Below, in pieces: positions 34,517 through 44,998 of a stretch of DNA of 64,000 bases. The translations under genes and the position numbers were made by a program. How positions within the stretch are numbered: position 1 is the stretch's first letter; every line of letters starts with the position of its first letter. The DNA is from Diplonema japonicum (lineage: Eukaryota > Protista > Euglenozoa: Diplonemea), in NCBI GenBank assembly GCA_964019335.1, contig OZ025759.1, positions 62,001 through 126,000 on the forward strand. Reading direction: 5' to 3'. Under the pieces are notes generated by a model. It was not told where the DNA came from and searched no databases. It saw only the letters and a program-made list of their open reading frames with translations.

Positions 34517-36526
34517 ATGACTTTGCGGTCCATGCGAAGCTTCCACGTGAAGAGTGGAGCGTCAGGGTGGCTGGAGAATAACTTGGACATCAATGTCGCC
34601 GATCATGTTAAGTGCAATGTTGATGTGGATGGGCTGACCAGCACCATGCGGCACATCATCGGTCACGTGCTGGCAAACAGCAAGGCCATCGAAAGGGCAA
34701 AGAACGAGAACGAGAAGTTGCACAGGCTTCTCGACGAGGAGAAAAAAAACGCCTACAGCCTCGAGCTGCGGTGCAAAGCACTCGACGATGAGATTGCAAA
34801 GCTAAGAATGGAGATCATGATACTGGGCGAGAACAAGGAAGGGAAGCTTGCCATCGACGACGTGAAGAGCAGGCATCAAATGGAGTTCACAGCGTTGCGC
34901 GAGGAGCTGAGAAGATTGGACACCGCGAAGATGGAAAGAAACTCCCCACAGCTGGAAGCGGATGCCCGCAAGTACTCCCTTGAAACTGTTAAGTCCTTCT
35001 TCACAACGAGGAACAAAGAGCTCCGCTCCTGGGTGGAGAAGAAGCTGACGACTCTGCAAACCCTTCTGCAGCGAGAAGCCTCTGACCAGAACGAGGCAAT
35101 AACGAAAGCTTTCGATGTAACTTGCGAGGAAATTCAAGAACAGGTGACAAACACCAAACAAGGCCTGTCCAAGATCATCAAAGAACAAGGACTCATAGTA
35201 GACAAAACCAGTAACACACAAGTAGCCATGTGTAACAGATTGCTGGGGATGGAAGAGGAAGGCGACGTCACACAGCAGGAGCTCCAAAACGATATCTTAA
35301 AATTGCAACATGAGATACGTTTACTATACTCGGTGCTGTCGACGAGCTATGCAGAACTAGAGAAGCACTCGAGTCACGCATGGAAGCACCTGTCAGCGGC
35401 CGACGTGGAGTATTCCAATGAGAAGGACTCACGCATAATAACGAGGCTTGAGGAACGCTCACGACAATGGAAGAACGTGCAGTGTTCGATAGCAGCAGAA
35501 GTGTTGTGGGAGGCGAACGAGTTCGAAATACGCTCTAAAGTGAACGCACTGAGGATGAAGGCCGACGAGCACGAATTGCTGCTGGAGACCGCCCGTGCAA
35601 AGGCCGAGCAGCCCGACCCCCTGCCCGAAGCCCTCGTGGCATACATGCACACAGGAAGGATATTCACAGAGTTCCGCACATTAACAGACAGCCTTGTGAA
35701 CAAGATCATCAACTACTGCATCGAAGACATGAAGGACGACATGACGCAGGAAGCTCAAAACGTGGCTAGGGATTTGAAGACGAAGATCACGTCGCAGCGA
35801 TGCATAGAGCTCATTCAGGATCAAATCGTGGGCGCTTTCAACACGGAAAAGGAAATCACGAAGCAGCGCTTGGATCTGTTGGAGCAGACGAAGATCGGCA
35901 TAACACAAGTGAACGAGATGCTAAAGGTGAAGGCGGACGTCTCCGCAATACAACTAAAAGCGGACAGGGCCATCATGCTGGAGATGTTCGAATTCGTGAA
36001 TTCCAAGATTGGTGTCGAGTCTTCTGACGACGCCGTGAAGCGCGCTGTGCGGCAGATCAACACAAAGCTAGAAGATCTGCAGAACCAGAAGCTCGACAAG
36101 AACTGCCATGAGATGCAAACTCTGGCGAGCTTGATCAGCGGCAATACTAACTTCCCAACTCAAAACATCACTGCTTCCTTCTCTTCCACACGACCCACGT
36201 CAGGAAACAGGCGGAAAGACTCAGGCCCCAACAGTACAGGCCGCACAGAAGCTACTTGTTTATCCTGCCACAGCACCTCCCCCGAAGTACACCCGCTTGA
36301 AGACGTCGTCAGCAAGCGAGAGCGCGAGAAGCAAGAGTCTCAGGACCAATTACACCTCCGGCAGATGGCATCTGCAGCCGCCAAAGAGATCCAGCAGAAG
36401 CGCGAGCAGAGGCGTCTCTCTGCGCCCATCGATGTCAACTCCTACATCACAAACCTCGCGAAGCCCTTAATACCCGCGCCCCCAGCCCTGTCCGCACAGG
36501 GTGTGGACCCCAGGATGATACCGTAA
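34517..36526 (+). CDS. Coiled-coil hypothetical protein (669 aa)
   Basis: Long ORF with heptad-rich composition, KAD repeats and a C-terminal CLSC. Confidence 0.75.
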   Translation: MTLRSMRSFHVKSGASGWLENNLDINVADHVKCNVDVDGLTSTMRHIIGHVLANSKAIERAKNENEKLHRLLDEEKKNAYSLELRCKALDDEIAKLRMEIMILGENKEGKLAIDDVKSRHQMEFTALREELRRLDTAKMERNSPQLEADARKYSLETVKSFFTTRNKELRSWVEKKLTTLQTLLQREASDQNEAITKAFDVTCEEIQEQVTNTKQGLSKIIKEQGLIVDKTSNTQVAMCNRLLGMEEEGDVTQQELQNDILKLQHEIRLLYSVLSTSYAELEKHSSHAWKHLSAADVEYSNEKDSRIITRLEERSRQWKNVQCSIAAEVLWEANEFEIRSKVNALRMKADEHELLLETARAKAEQPDPLPEALVAYMHTGRIFTEFRTLTDSLVNKIINYCIEDMKDDMTQEAQNVARDLKTKITSQRCIELIQDQIVGAFNTEKEITKQRLDLLEQTKIGITQVNEMLKVKADVSAIQLKADRAIMLEMFEFVNSKIGVESSDDAVKRAVRQINTKLEDLQNQKLDKNCHEMQTLASLISGNTNFPTQNITASFSSTRPTSGNRRKDSGPNSTGRTEATCLSCHSTSPEVHPLEDVVSKREREKQESQDQLHLRQMASAAAKEIQQKREQRRLSAPIDVNSYITNLAKPLIPAPPALSAQGVDPRMIP

Positions 36527-36585
36527 GCGTCGGTTTTAACAAACCGGCTTTTTTTTTCTAACCCGAAGATAACATTTAACCCTGG

Positions 36586-36616
<31 letters not shown>

Positions 36617-36665
36617 CTCATTGCGATGCACCCTAAAAGCAAAAAAAGAGAAAACAAAAGGAATA

Positions 36666-39159
36666 ATGGCCGTGCCTGGCACAGGAGAAGCTTACCATGA
36701 GGAGAAGCTCGTGGCCATGTCCAAGTGGAAAGGCTTCGGGCACACCCACGACGAGCAGTTCAGAAAGCAAGCGGGGAGGGAACTGTTCTACTTGGGGTGC
36801 TTGGAGATCAACTACGAGGTGAGCGGGTGGGGCGCCATGCGGGATGCGTTGTGGTACATCCTCAACAAGAAGGGTGAGAGCACGGCTCACGTGGACCAGG
36901 AAACACAACAGTGGTACGACACACACGTCGGGAAGTGGAAGCAAGACGACAGGTCGCCTGACCCAACCAAGAAGTGGTACGAGGAGATGGACGCAAAGTT
37001 CGGCACTACTTACTTTATTGATAGGTTCGCTGCGGTCACACTGTTCCAGGCAAATGACGCCAGCTCCCCATACTTTTCAAACTTAAACCAGGTCTGCGAC
37101 CAGTGCGCCGACCTCAAATCATTCGTAGAGAGCAAAGAACAGCAGTATAAAATCGTTCGAGAATCTACAATCGCTTGGGCAGAAGGGTACTACAAGGTTC
37201 ACAACCCCGAGAAAGCCCAAAAAGTCCGTGATCTCATCACCCCTCCAGGCAGCTTCTCCAACATCGACAAGCAGTACATGCTCATGCTGGAGCTGCATAG
37301 AATCTATGAGCCTGAAGTATACCTTAAGTTTGCAACGTGGTCCCCCTCCACGACTGTCGGGAAGAAGGAGGCTCTCATTGAGTTCTCTAGGTTCACACGG
37401 CGAGAGGACATGCAGCTCCCCATGATTGACGGCCTGCTGGAACTCGAAGATATCGATGAGATGTTTATCCAGCAACCAGGTCTTGAAGAAACCATGGGCG
37501 GGTACCAGACCACCTATATGCAAAAGAAGTCAAAGGGAGAGCAGGTTCTCTTCCCTCCATGGCGTAACCCTGACTTCCCTGAAAATTTCTACCCCCACAA
37601 CTTCGCCCCCAAAAGGGAACTAGTGATCCAGGGGATCCCAAATAGAGCGCCTTTCCAATTAAAGGCGCCCCGGATGTACTGGAATGATCTCGAAGAGCAG
37701 GCGAAGCAGCAGGCGTTGGCGCAAGCACCGCAGCAAGAGCAAGGGCAGGTTCCGGAAGCGCAAGCGGTGCTTCCCATCGCGGAGACGGACAACGTGCCCG
37801 TGCAAGTAGATCAGAAGTACAATGTTCCTGATGAGACACTCACGGATGCGGACATGGTGCAGCAGCAGGCACCACAGCCTGATACAACACGTTGGGACAA
37901 CTTGCTGTCTGCCATTAATGCTAAGACGTACGACCCACCATCAGACGAGGCGCTTAAATTTCAACGCTCCGAAGGGACGGAGGTGCACCCTGCAGAGGAC
38001 GAGGGGTGGCTGTGCTTCCGCCAACAGCCCGACAAAAAGCTAGTCATGGTCGATTCCAACATCACAGGCAGGGAGGTGGACCCTTTGTGCAAGGACTGCA
38101 GCGCAAGGATATGTAGCTCGCAGAAGGCGTTGTGGTCCTCTGTCGACAAGCACGTGGCGACGGAGCGGAAGAACCCTGAGATCCAAGACGTGAAAGAGGG
38201 GTATGTTCCTTCACTCAATAAAACAACGACAACACAGAGAGCTCGAGGTAATCACCGAGAGTGGATTGTTCAACACCGGCACGTGGGCCAAGCGGTGGAT
38301 ACGTGCCACCGACACCGGGCTGCACTACTACTTGAGTAAGCAGCCGCACCATTTGAAGAAGGCGAAGGGTTCCCGTCTGTTCGACAGCAAAACAGTGTTC
38401 GTGGAGAAGCCCCTTCCTGCCATGTACCCGGACGCGAAGTTGAAAGCAAAAGACTTCCACTATTTCGGGTTCGAGCTCAAGGTCCCCAACCAAAACTTCT
38501 TCCTCCGTACGAAGAGCGAAAGTAAACACGCAGAGTGGGTGGCTTTCTTTAAGAACGCGTTGGAGAGGTTCAATGAACATGATGACGCGCAGGACCCGAA
38601 CCCGGCGAAGTGGAAGGCGAGAGCGAAAGGGCTGTTGGACCAGCTAGCCGATGCGAAGAAGGTGGCGGAGGCGGCAACTGTGGAGTACACGCAAGCTAAA
38701 CAACAGAGAGAGAGAATGGAAGAGGCTAAAAAACGTGCGGAATCTGACAGGGAGTGGGCCCATGCACAAGCGTCATCGGCGGAGCACAGGGCAGTATCCT
38801 TGCAGTCAGAAGTTCACAAAGCGGAGATGGAATGTCAGGGTCTGCGACGGGAGATCGAAAAGATCCGAAGTGACACGGACACTCTCAAAGACCAGGCGGA
38901 GCAGATGAGGAACGCGGCCGCAGACAACACTGCCGAGACCACTAAGGTGATGGAAACATCTTCGCAAACGCTCCGCCAGCTCGAGGCCGAGCTAGAACAA
39001 GCACAGAGAGAGCGCGACGAGGCGCAAGCGGAAACCATGAGCGTCTTCGCTAAATGGCGTCGTTGCGAAGAACGCAGCCCCGCTCAATCAGCCAGCAGGG
39101 TTCAAAAGCGCACCGGTCTTGCCTATGCTCCTCGAACCAGCAAGTCCCCTTACCCGTGA
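36666..39159 (+). CDS. PH-domain and coiled-coil protein; intron 38201-38237
   Basis: Splicing gives KEG|ELEV...TWAKRWIRATDTGLHYY...FFLRTKSESKHAEWVAFF (PH), followed by a coiled coil. Confidence 0.8.
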
Positions 39160-39326
39160 AAAAAAGGAAAGTCTGTATAGCACCCATGATCCCCCCCCCC
39201 CCCCCCCCCCCCCTGACCCTACCTTGTTGTCGATGTTCTGTTTCTTATGTCTTATAGTCTTGTTTTGCATCTCCATTCCGCTCCGCTCGCAATTTTCCCT
39301 CATCACAGGCTACACAGAACAGCACA

Positions 39327-40904
39327 ATGCTCCTCAGGCTGTTGACCGCAGACAGCAAGTTGAACCCCGACGCCATCGACCTCCCTATGGGCAGCGACAT
39401 GACCTTGGGAAGGGACAGGACAGATATCAGGGTAATGTCAGAGAGCGATCCAACATCGATCTCAAGGAAGCATGCGAGGGTAGGGGCTGATGAGTGTGGG
39501 GTGTGGGTGGTGGATGAGAGCACGAACGGGCTGATGGTGAACCTTGTGGTGTGTAATGTGAAGAAAGAGAAGATAAGGCTCAACGTAGGAGACAAGGTGA
39601 CCTTTGGGTCGAACACACAAGAGCTGACGTATGAGGTAGAAGAACACACGCAAGGCTTAGGAGTCATCCATGGGGAGGTGTTGATTGTTGCTGATAATAC
39701 TCAGGAAGTGAAGTCCCTTGCCGACATCAAAAGGGGCCAGGAGCTGCTGCACACATCGTGTGACGATCAGGACTTGGACCCTGTGTCTGCGACCACCCAG
39801 CCCGTTGCACCACCGCAAATGACACCCCAGGCCTGCCAAGCCACGCAGGTCATCACGTACCTCTTGTGTGCTTATAACCCCTCGACCCACACCTTCACCC
39901 ACACCCTCCCTCCTGAGAAGCTCGCCGAAATGATACTCTCGCTCGTTGACCGCTTTTGTACCTTCATGGAGCCCACCCCTTCGTACGTCACCAACCTGAA
40001 GGGCCCTATGTACGTACTTGGCGACCTCCACGGCAGCTTCTACGACCTCAAGAACTATGTGGACCTCTTAACGCCCTTCGGTGACATCAGGTACACAGCG
40101 GTACCTCTTGTGTTCCTTGGGGACTACGTGGACAGGGGGAGCAGCAGTTTGGAGGTTGTTCTCTATCTGTTCGCGATGAAGATGCTGTGCCCGGAGAACA
40201 TTGTGATGTTCAGGGGGAACCACGAGGACCAGGAGGTGAACTGCGACGAGGAGTTGATGGGCGAGACTTCCTTCGTAGCACAGTGCAGGAAAGTGCTCGG
40301 GAAGTACGGCGAGAAGGTGTGGCGAGCGGTGAATAAGGGATTTGCCGAGCTGCCTGTGTGTGGATTGGTTGGAGGGAAGATTTTCTTGTGCCACGGCGGG
40401 GTACCAAGAGGGGACGTGAGGGACATGAAGAGCGGAAGCTTCCGTAAGATGAGGTCTGTCCTAGACGCCGACGACGAGAGGACGAGGTTGGTTCGGGATC
40501 TCCTGTGGTCCGACCCTGCAGAGGAGGACCCCGGAGCAGCAGATATGACGCACACCCCCAGCGATAGGTGCAACGATGGGTCTGTCGTCAACTTCACAAA
40601 CAAGGCACTCGATGCCTTTATGGCCACGAATAACATTTCCCTCTTAGTTCGCGCGCACCAGTTCCAACCCAAGGGCCTGCGCGTCTCCAAGCACGGTCGT
40701 GTCCTCACCCTCTTTTCCACCACCACTTACCAAACGGCTTCTTCGGCAGGGATCTTGCTTATCACGCCCCAGCACACTGCCAAGCTTGTGTCCTACGCAC
40801 CTTCAAAGGAGCAGAAGAAACGCTGCTTCTCGTCGGAGTCGTTTTCCAACAGCGTCACCTTGGCATCTCTCAAGAGCAACAACCAATTGGACGATGTGGG
40901 CTGA
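39327..40904 (+). CDS. FHA-domain PPP-family Ser/Thr phosphatase
   Basis: FHA motifs LGR...ISRKHA...DESTNG...LNVGDKVTFG. PPP motifs GDLHG, GDYVDRG, RGNHE, CHGG, DLLWSDP and VRAHQ. Confidence 0.9.
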   Translation: MLLRLLTADSKLNPDAIDLPMGSDMTLGRDRTDIRVMSESDPTSISRKHARVGADECGVWVVDESTNGLMVNLVVCNVKKEKIRLNVGDKVTFGSNTQELTYEVEEHTQGLGVIHGEVLIVADNTQEVKSLADIKRGQELLHTSCDDQDLDPVSATTQPVAPPQMTPQACQATQVITYLLCAYNPSTHTFTHTLPPEKLAEMILSLVDRFCTFMEPTPSYVTNLKGPMYVLGDLHGSFYDLKNYVDLLTPFGDIRYTAVPLVFLGDYVDRGSSSLEVVLYLFAMKMLCPENIVMFRGNHEDQEVNCDEELMGETSFVAQCRKVLGKYGEKVWRAVNKGFAELPVCGLVGGKIFLCHGGVPRGDVRDMKSGSFRKMRSVLDADDERTRLVRDLLWSDPAEEDPGAADMTHTPSDRCNDGSVVNFTNKALDAFMATNNISLLVRAHQFQPKGLRVSKHGRVLTLFSTTTYQTASSAGILLITPQHTAKLVSYAPSKEQKKRCFSSESFSNSVTLASLKSNNQLDDVG

Positions 40905-41549
40905 GGCATGAAGTATCGGTGAGTGAAAGAAAACGAGAAGAAAGAAATGCGCTCGTATGGGGTCCCCCCCCATACACTTATAATTATGTGAAAACACCCC
41001 CCCCCCCCCCCCGAGGGAAAGAAAATACTGGAAGTTTCGGGGACCCGGAAGTTTTTTTCCCCCCCTTCCAGTAGTTTCTTTCGACTCACGGTATTTCTTT
41101 TTTATTTTCTTTTTTCTTTTTGCAGATGCTCAGGGTGACGAACAGGCAGCAAACTGCACGAGCGCAGAATCTTGGTTACCCGGGACGCACCGGCTGGGGT
41201 TGAGCTGTACACCGCTCCATTAAGGACACGACGCGGAACGCAGAAGAAGCTACAACTCGGCCGCGGTGCGCCCCCTGTAATCAAGTAGACAGTTCTTGTG
41301 CAGGGCGCCGCCGCCGGCCTCCTTTAACTCATATATTTTTATCTAACTCTTTCTAATCTTCCATATTTCTATTTTCTTATCCCCCCCTCCCCGTGTGCAC
41401 GGGTGCCTCAGACTGGAAGGGGGGGGAATCAATCTTCCCCCCTCCCTCCTCTGTCTATCGCCCTTCTTTCCTTCCCCCCCTTCTCATTTTGCACTGCCAA
41501 CTTTAGAATTTAAAATAAAGGGACGGAAAAAAAAAAAAGAAAAAAAAAA

Positions 41550-42647
41550 ATGCCTCTGAATGAATATGGGTATGAAGAGGACGTGTACAAGAAAGCGTCA
41601 GAGGAGCTGGAGAAGAGGGTGAAGGACAAGCTGCCCGACAATGAGAAGTACGACAAGATGTTTGTGGAGAGGTTTCTGAGGGCAAGGAAGTGCGACGTGA
41701 AGAAAGCGGAGGAGATGCTCCTGGAGAGCTTGAAGTGGAGAAAAGAACACGATGTGGATACCGTCTTGGACAGGAAGCCAGACCCGAGGATTGTCCGCTA
41801 CTTCCCCCACGCCTTCCTGGGCCAGACCCAGCACGGCAGACAAGTCTACTTCGAGAGAACAGGCCGGAGCTGCCTTCCAGGCCCCGAGATGATCTCTTTG
41901 GACGACTTATTCAAATGGAAAGTGTGGCAGTCGGAGTACCTAGACGACAAGCTAAGGAACAGCCCGAAGAAAACAGTTGTGTGTGTCTTAGACATGGACG
42001 GGCTGTCCATGTCGATGCTGACCAAGCACGTTATCAACTTCGTGAAGATGGTGGGGGAGGTCGAGGAGAAGAACTACCCGGAGTCGCTTCACAAGGTTTT
42101 CGTCATTAACGCGGGATGGGCCTTCTCAGGTTGCTACAAAATCGTGAAGTACTTCTTTGCTGAGGAGATTCGGGAGAAGATCCGCGTCTTCACCGACAGC
42201 GGGTACGAAAAGGAACTTTACGAAAGCGTTCCACCAGAAATCATCCCAACCTTCATCAAAGGCGGGAAAAACAAATACGAAGACCAAGAATGGGCTGGCG
42301 ATTTAACTTACCAACGCACCTTACCACAGTCCTCTGAACACGAAGGACTGCACAATAAGGAGACCATCAAAGCGGGTGCCATCCACGAACACACAATCTC
42401 TGTTGAGCAGGACCATCACATTGAATGGGCTTTTCTGACAGAAAAACACGATATTGAATTCTCACTGCTGTGCCCCGAAGGGAAGCATGTCCATGCACCA
42501 AAGAAGTACACCCCTAACAGCCTACCGGAAAAGGGCGCCCACAAAGCGCAAAAGAAAGGTACCTACACCGTCGTTTTCAGCAACAAGGCCTCATGGACGG
42601 CTTCAAAGACTGTACGATTCACGGTGGGCTCCGTCGGGCCCGAATGA
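41550..42647 (+). CDS. Sec14-like CRAL-TRIO lipid-transfer protein with GOLD domain
   Basis: RFLRARKCDVKKAEEML, VLDMDGL and NYPESLHKVFVINA; GOLD region WAFLTEKHDIEF...GTYTVVFSNKASW. Confidence 0.9.
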   Translation: MPLNEYGYEEDVYKKASEELEKRVKDKLPDNEKYDKMFVERFLRARKCDVKKAEEMLLESLKWRKEHDVDTVLDRKPDPRIVRYFPHAFLGQTQHGRQVYFERTGRSCLPGPEMISLDDLFKWKVWQSEYLDDKLRNSPKKTVVCVLDMDGLSMSMLTKHVINFVKMVGEVEEKNYPESLHKVFVINAGWAFSGCYKIVKYFFAEEIREKIRVFTDSGYEKELYESVPPEIIPTFIKGGKNKYEDQEWAGDLTYQRTLPQSSEHEGLHNKETIKAGAIHEHTISVEQDHHIEWAFLTEKHDIEFSLLCPEGKHVHAPKKYTPNSLPEKGAHKAQKKGTYTVVFSNKASWTASKTVRFTVGSVGPE

Positions 42648-43083
42648 TTCTGATGATGATTTTTTTTTTTTTTTGTTCTTGTTCTCTACTACTTCTTTCC
42701 TTGTATACCTGCTTTTCTTTCTTCCTCTCCCGGGGAGGTCAAGATTTTTGGTGGGGAAGAAAAAAAAAAAAAAAAAAAAGGTTCTTGCCCGCACATATCC
42801 TCTCTTCCTTTTTTTCTTATGATCTTGGACCCGTGTTTCAAGACGGGTAGTGCAAAGGTTCGTTATGTTTGAATGTGGGAGTTCGTCTGCAGCAGTATTG
42901 CGAGGGCAAGGACCCCCCCCCCCCCCCCCCCCCCGACAGAAAGTAGTATAAAGAAAATAGGCAAAGGTACGTGAGATAATGGGATGGAAAAGTTTTTTTT
43001 TTTCTTTTAGTGTTCCATTTTTGTTTTCCACCTCTTGCCTACGTTGTTGTAATTATTTGCCCTTGGGGCAAATGGTGTGTGTG

Positions 43084-43210
43084 TTTTTCTTTTTCTTTTT
43101 CTTTTTCTTTTTCTTTTTCTTTTTCTTTTTCTTTTTCTTTTTCTTTTTCTTTTTCTTTTTCTTTTTCTTTTTCTTTTTCTTTTTCTTTTTCTTTTTCTTT
43201 TTCTTTTTTC
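43084..43210. repeat. (TTTTTC)n microsatellite, ~20 copies
   Basis: Perfect hexamer array seen directly. Confidence 0.95.
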
Positions 43211-43574
43211 TTACTCCACAAGCTACTATTGCATTCCCCCCTGCCACTCTTCAAGGCAAGAGGAAAAAGAAGGGGGGATAAACAAGAAGGAAAAAAAAAA
43301 GAGGGAAAAAAAAGAAAAAAAGAAAAAAAAAAACAGAAGAAAGAAACGTGGCGAAACAGAATGAAGAAAATACACCCCTACAAAAAAAGTATCCCTCTCC
43401 CCCAACCAAAATCGTATTCCTGTTCTTTTTTTTTTCCTTCTTTTTTTTGCAGTTTGTCCCCCCTCCCCCCTCTTCTGTCTCTTCTCAATTTTCTTGCTCT
43501 CGACCGTTGCGATGTTGACTTCATTCTTTTTACAGCTAAACCGACAAAAAAAAAAAAAAAAGAAAATAAAAAAA

Positions 43575-44828
43575 ATGGACTACGGTTGGGAAGAGGAAGC
43601 ACTGTGCTGTGTGTGCGTGGATCTCTTCGTGGACCCTGTGATGCTAGAGTGTGGGCACAATGTGTGTAAAGCATGTGCAGAGAAAGTGTTTGCCTTCTGT
43701 GAGCCGTGCCAAAGGACGAACGAGAGAGGTGAAGATGTGATCAGCTGCCCGCAGTGCCGCGGACGGACCCCCCTCCCCACTGGGATAGAAGGTCTGAAGA
43801 CAAACCTGACTTTGAAGAACATTGTGGACAGACTGAAGGAGGAAAAGTCCAAAAAAGAAACCATCCTCTGCGGGAACTGTGAGGAAGGCACCGCAAGCTA
43901 CGACTGCGAAGAGTGCAGCTTCTCGCTGTGCCAAGGCTGCAAGGACACACAGCACTCAAAAGGCGGATACAAAAACCACAAATTGCACCCTTTAGGCACC
44001 CTGCAGCGAGTGAAACCCAAGCTCTGCAAGACCCACAACAAGGAGCTGGACCTGTACAACACAGACACGTCGGACCTCATGTGCATCTACTGCCTGCAGC
44101 TGAGCGACAAGAAGATGAAGCTGAACTCAATCATCCCTCTCCCAGAGGCAGTGGAAGGGGCGAAGAAAGAAGTCTCGAAAGAGATGCTGGCGCTGCAGGA
44201 CAAGCTGGACACTCTGAAGGCAGTGTCGCTGAGCAATGTAGAAGCGGAGAAGCACAAGGCACTCAAAACAGAGATACAAAGGCAGTTCGGGGAGCTGATG
44301 GACGCTGCGAAGCACAGGGAGCAAACCCTCCTGAAGCAAGTGGAGGACATGGAGAAAAAGAGCAGCGAACGCCACACAGAGGCGGCAACCACTCTAAAGA
44401 ACCTCACAGAGCACATCACAAGCATCTTGGAGAAGTTCAGGCACCTGTCGGAGGCTGCACATCACGCAGACCTTCTGAAGGCCAAAGATATGCTTTTGAA
44501 TAGGCTAAACAGCCTGTCCAAGGTGCCTGTTCCCGTTGTGCCCACAGGACAAACACAGGACCTTAGCTGTACGTTGCCTATTCAAAAGCTAACAACTTGT
44601 ATTGAGGGTGTCACAATAGTGTCTGGAGGGACCTCCCCTAGGTCACGGGATGCTCCTGAGAAAAAACTACTCCCACCGTCCATCTGGAAGATTTCCCTTC
44701 CTGACACCGGCAAGAGACGCCTTTCGACCCCCCTCGCCACGCCTATGAAGAAGGTCTGTACCTCGGTCATGTCACGTACTTCTTCTTCTTCTTCTTCATC
44801 AGGGCCCAAGCTGCAGCTCCGTATCTAA
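43575..44828 (+). CDS. TRIM/RBCC-type E3 ligase (RING, two B-boxes, coiled coil)
   Basis: RING CCVC...CGHNVCKAC...CPQCR; B-box1 CGNC...CEEC...CQGC...H...H; degenerate B-box2 CKTH...CIYC. Confidence 0.85.
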   Translation: MDYGWEEEALCCVCVDLFVDPVMLECGHNVCKACAEKVFAFCEPCQRTNERGEDVISCPQCRGRTPLPTGIEGLKTNLTLKNIVDRLKEEKSKKETILCGNCEEGTASYDCEECSFSLCQGCKDTQHSKGGYKNHKLHPLGTLQRVKPKLCKTHNKELDLYNTDTSDLMCIYCLQLSDKKMKLNSIIPLPEAVEGAKKEVSKEMLALQDKLDTLKAVSLSNVEAEKHKALKTEIQRQFGELMDAAKHREQTLLKQVEDMEKKSSERHTEAATTLKNLTEHITSILEKFRHLSEAAHHADLLKAKDMLLNRLNSLSKVPVPVVPTGQTQDLSCTLPIQKLTTCIEGVTIVSGGTSPRSRDAPEKKLLPPSIWKISLPDTGKRRLSTPLATPMKKVCTSVMSRTSSSSSSSGPKLQLRI

Positions 44829-44998
44829 TCCAACCCAGCATCCCGCACACAGTACCGACTCACCTCACCACCTGGCTTCTCCTATTCGTATCTGGGTGGT
44901 CCTAACACGTTTTCTATCCCCCTCGTTCATTTATTGTATTACCTTGGAGTTTTCTATCTTTTTTCTTTTGTAACCGCCATAAATATATACAGGGCAAG

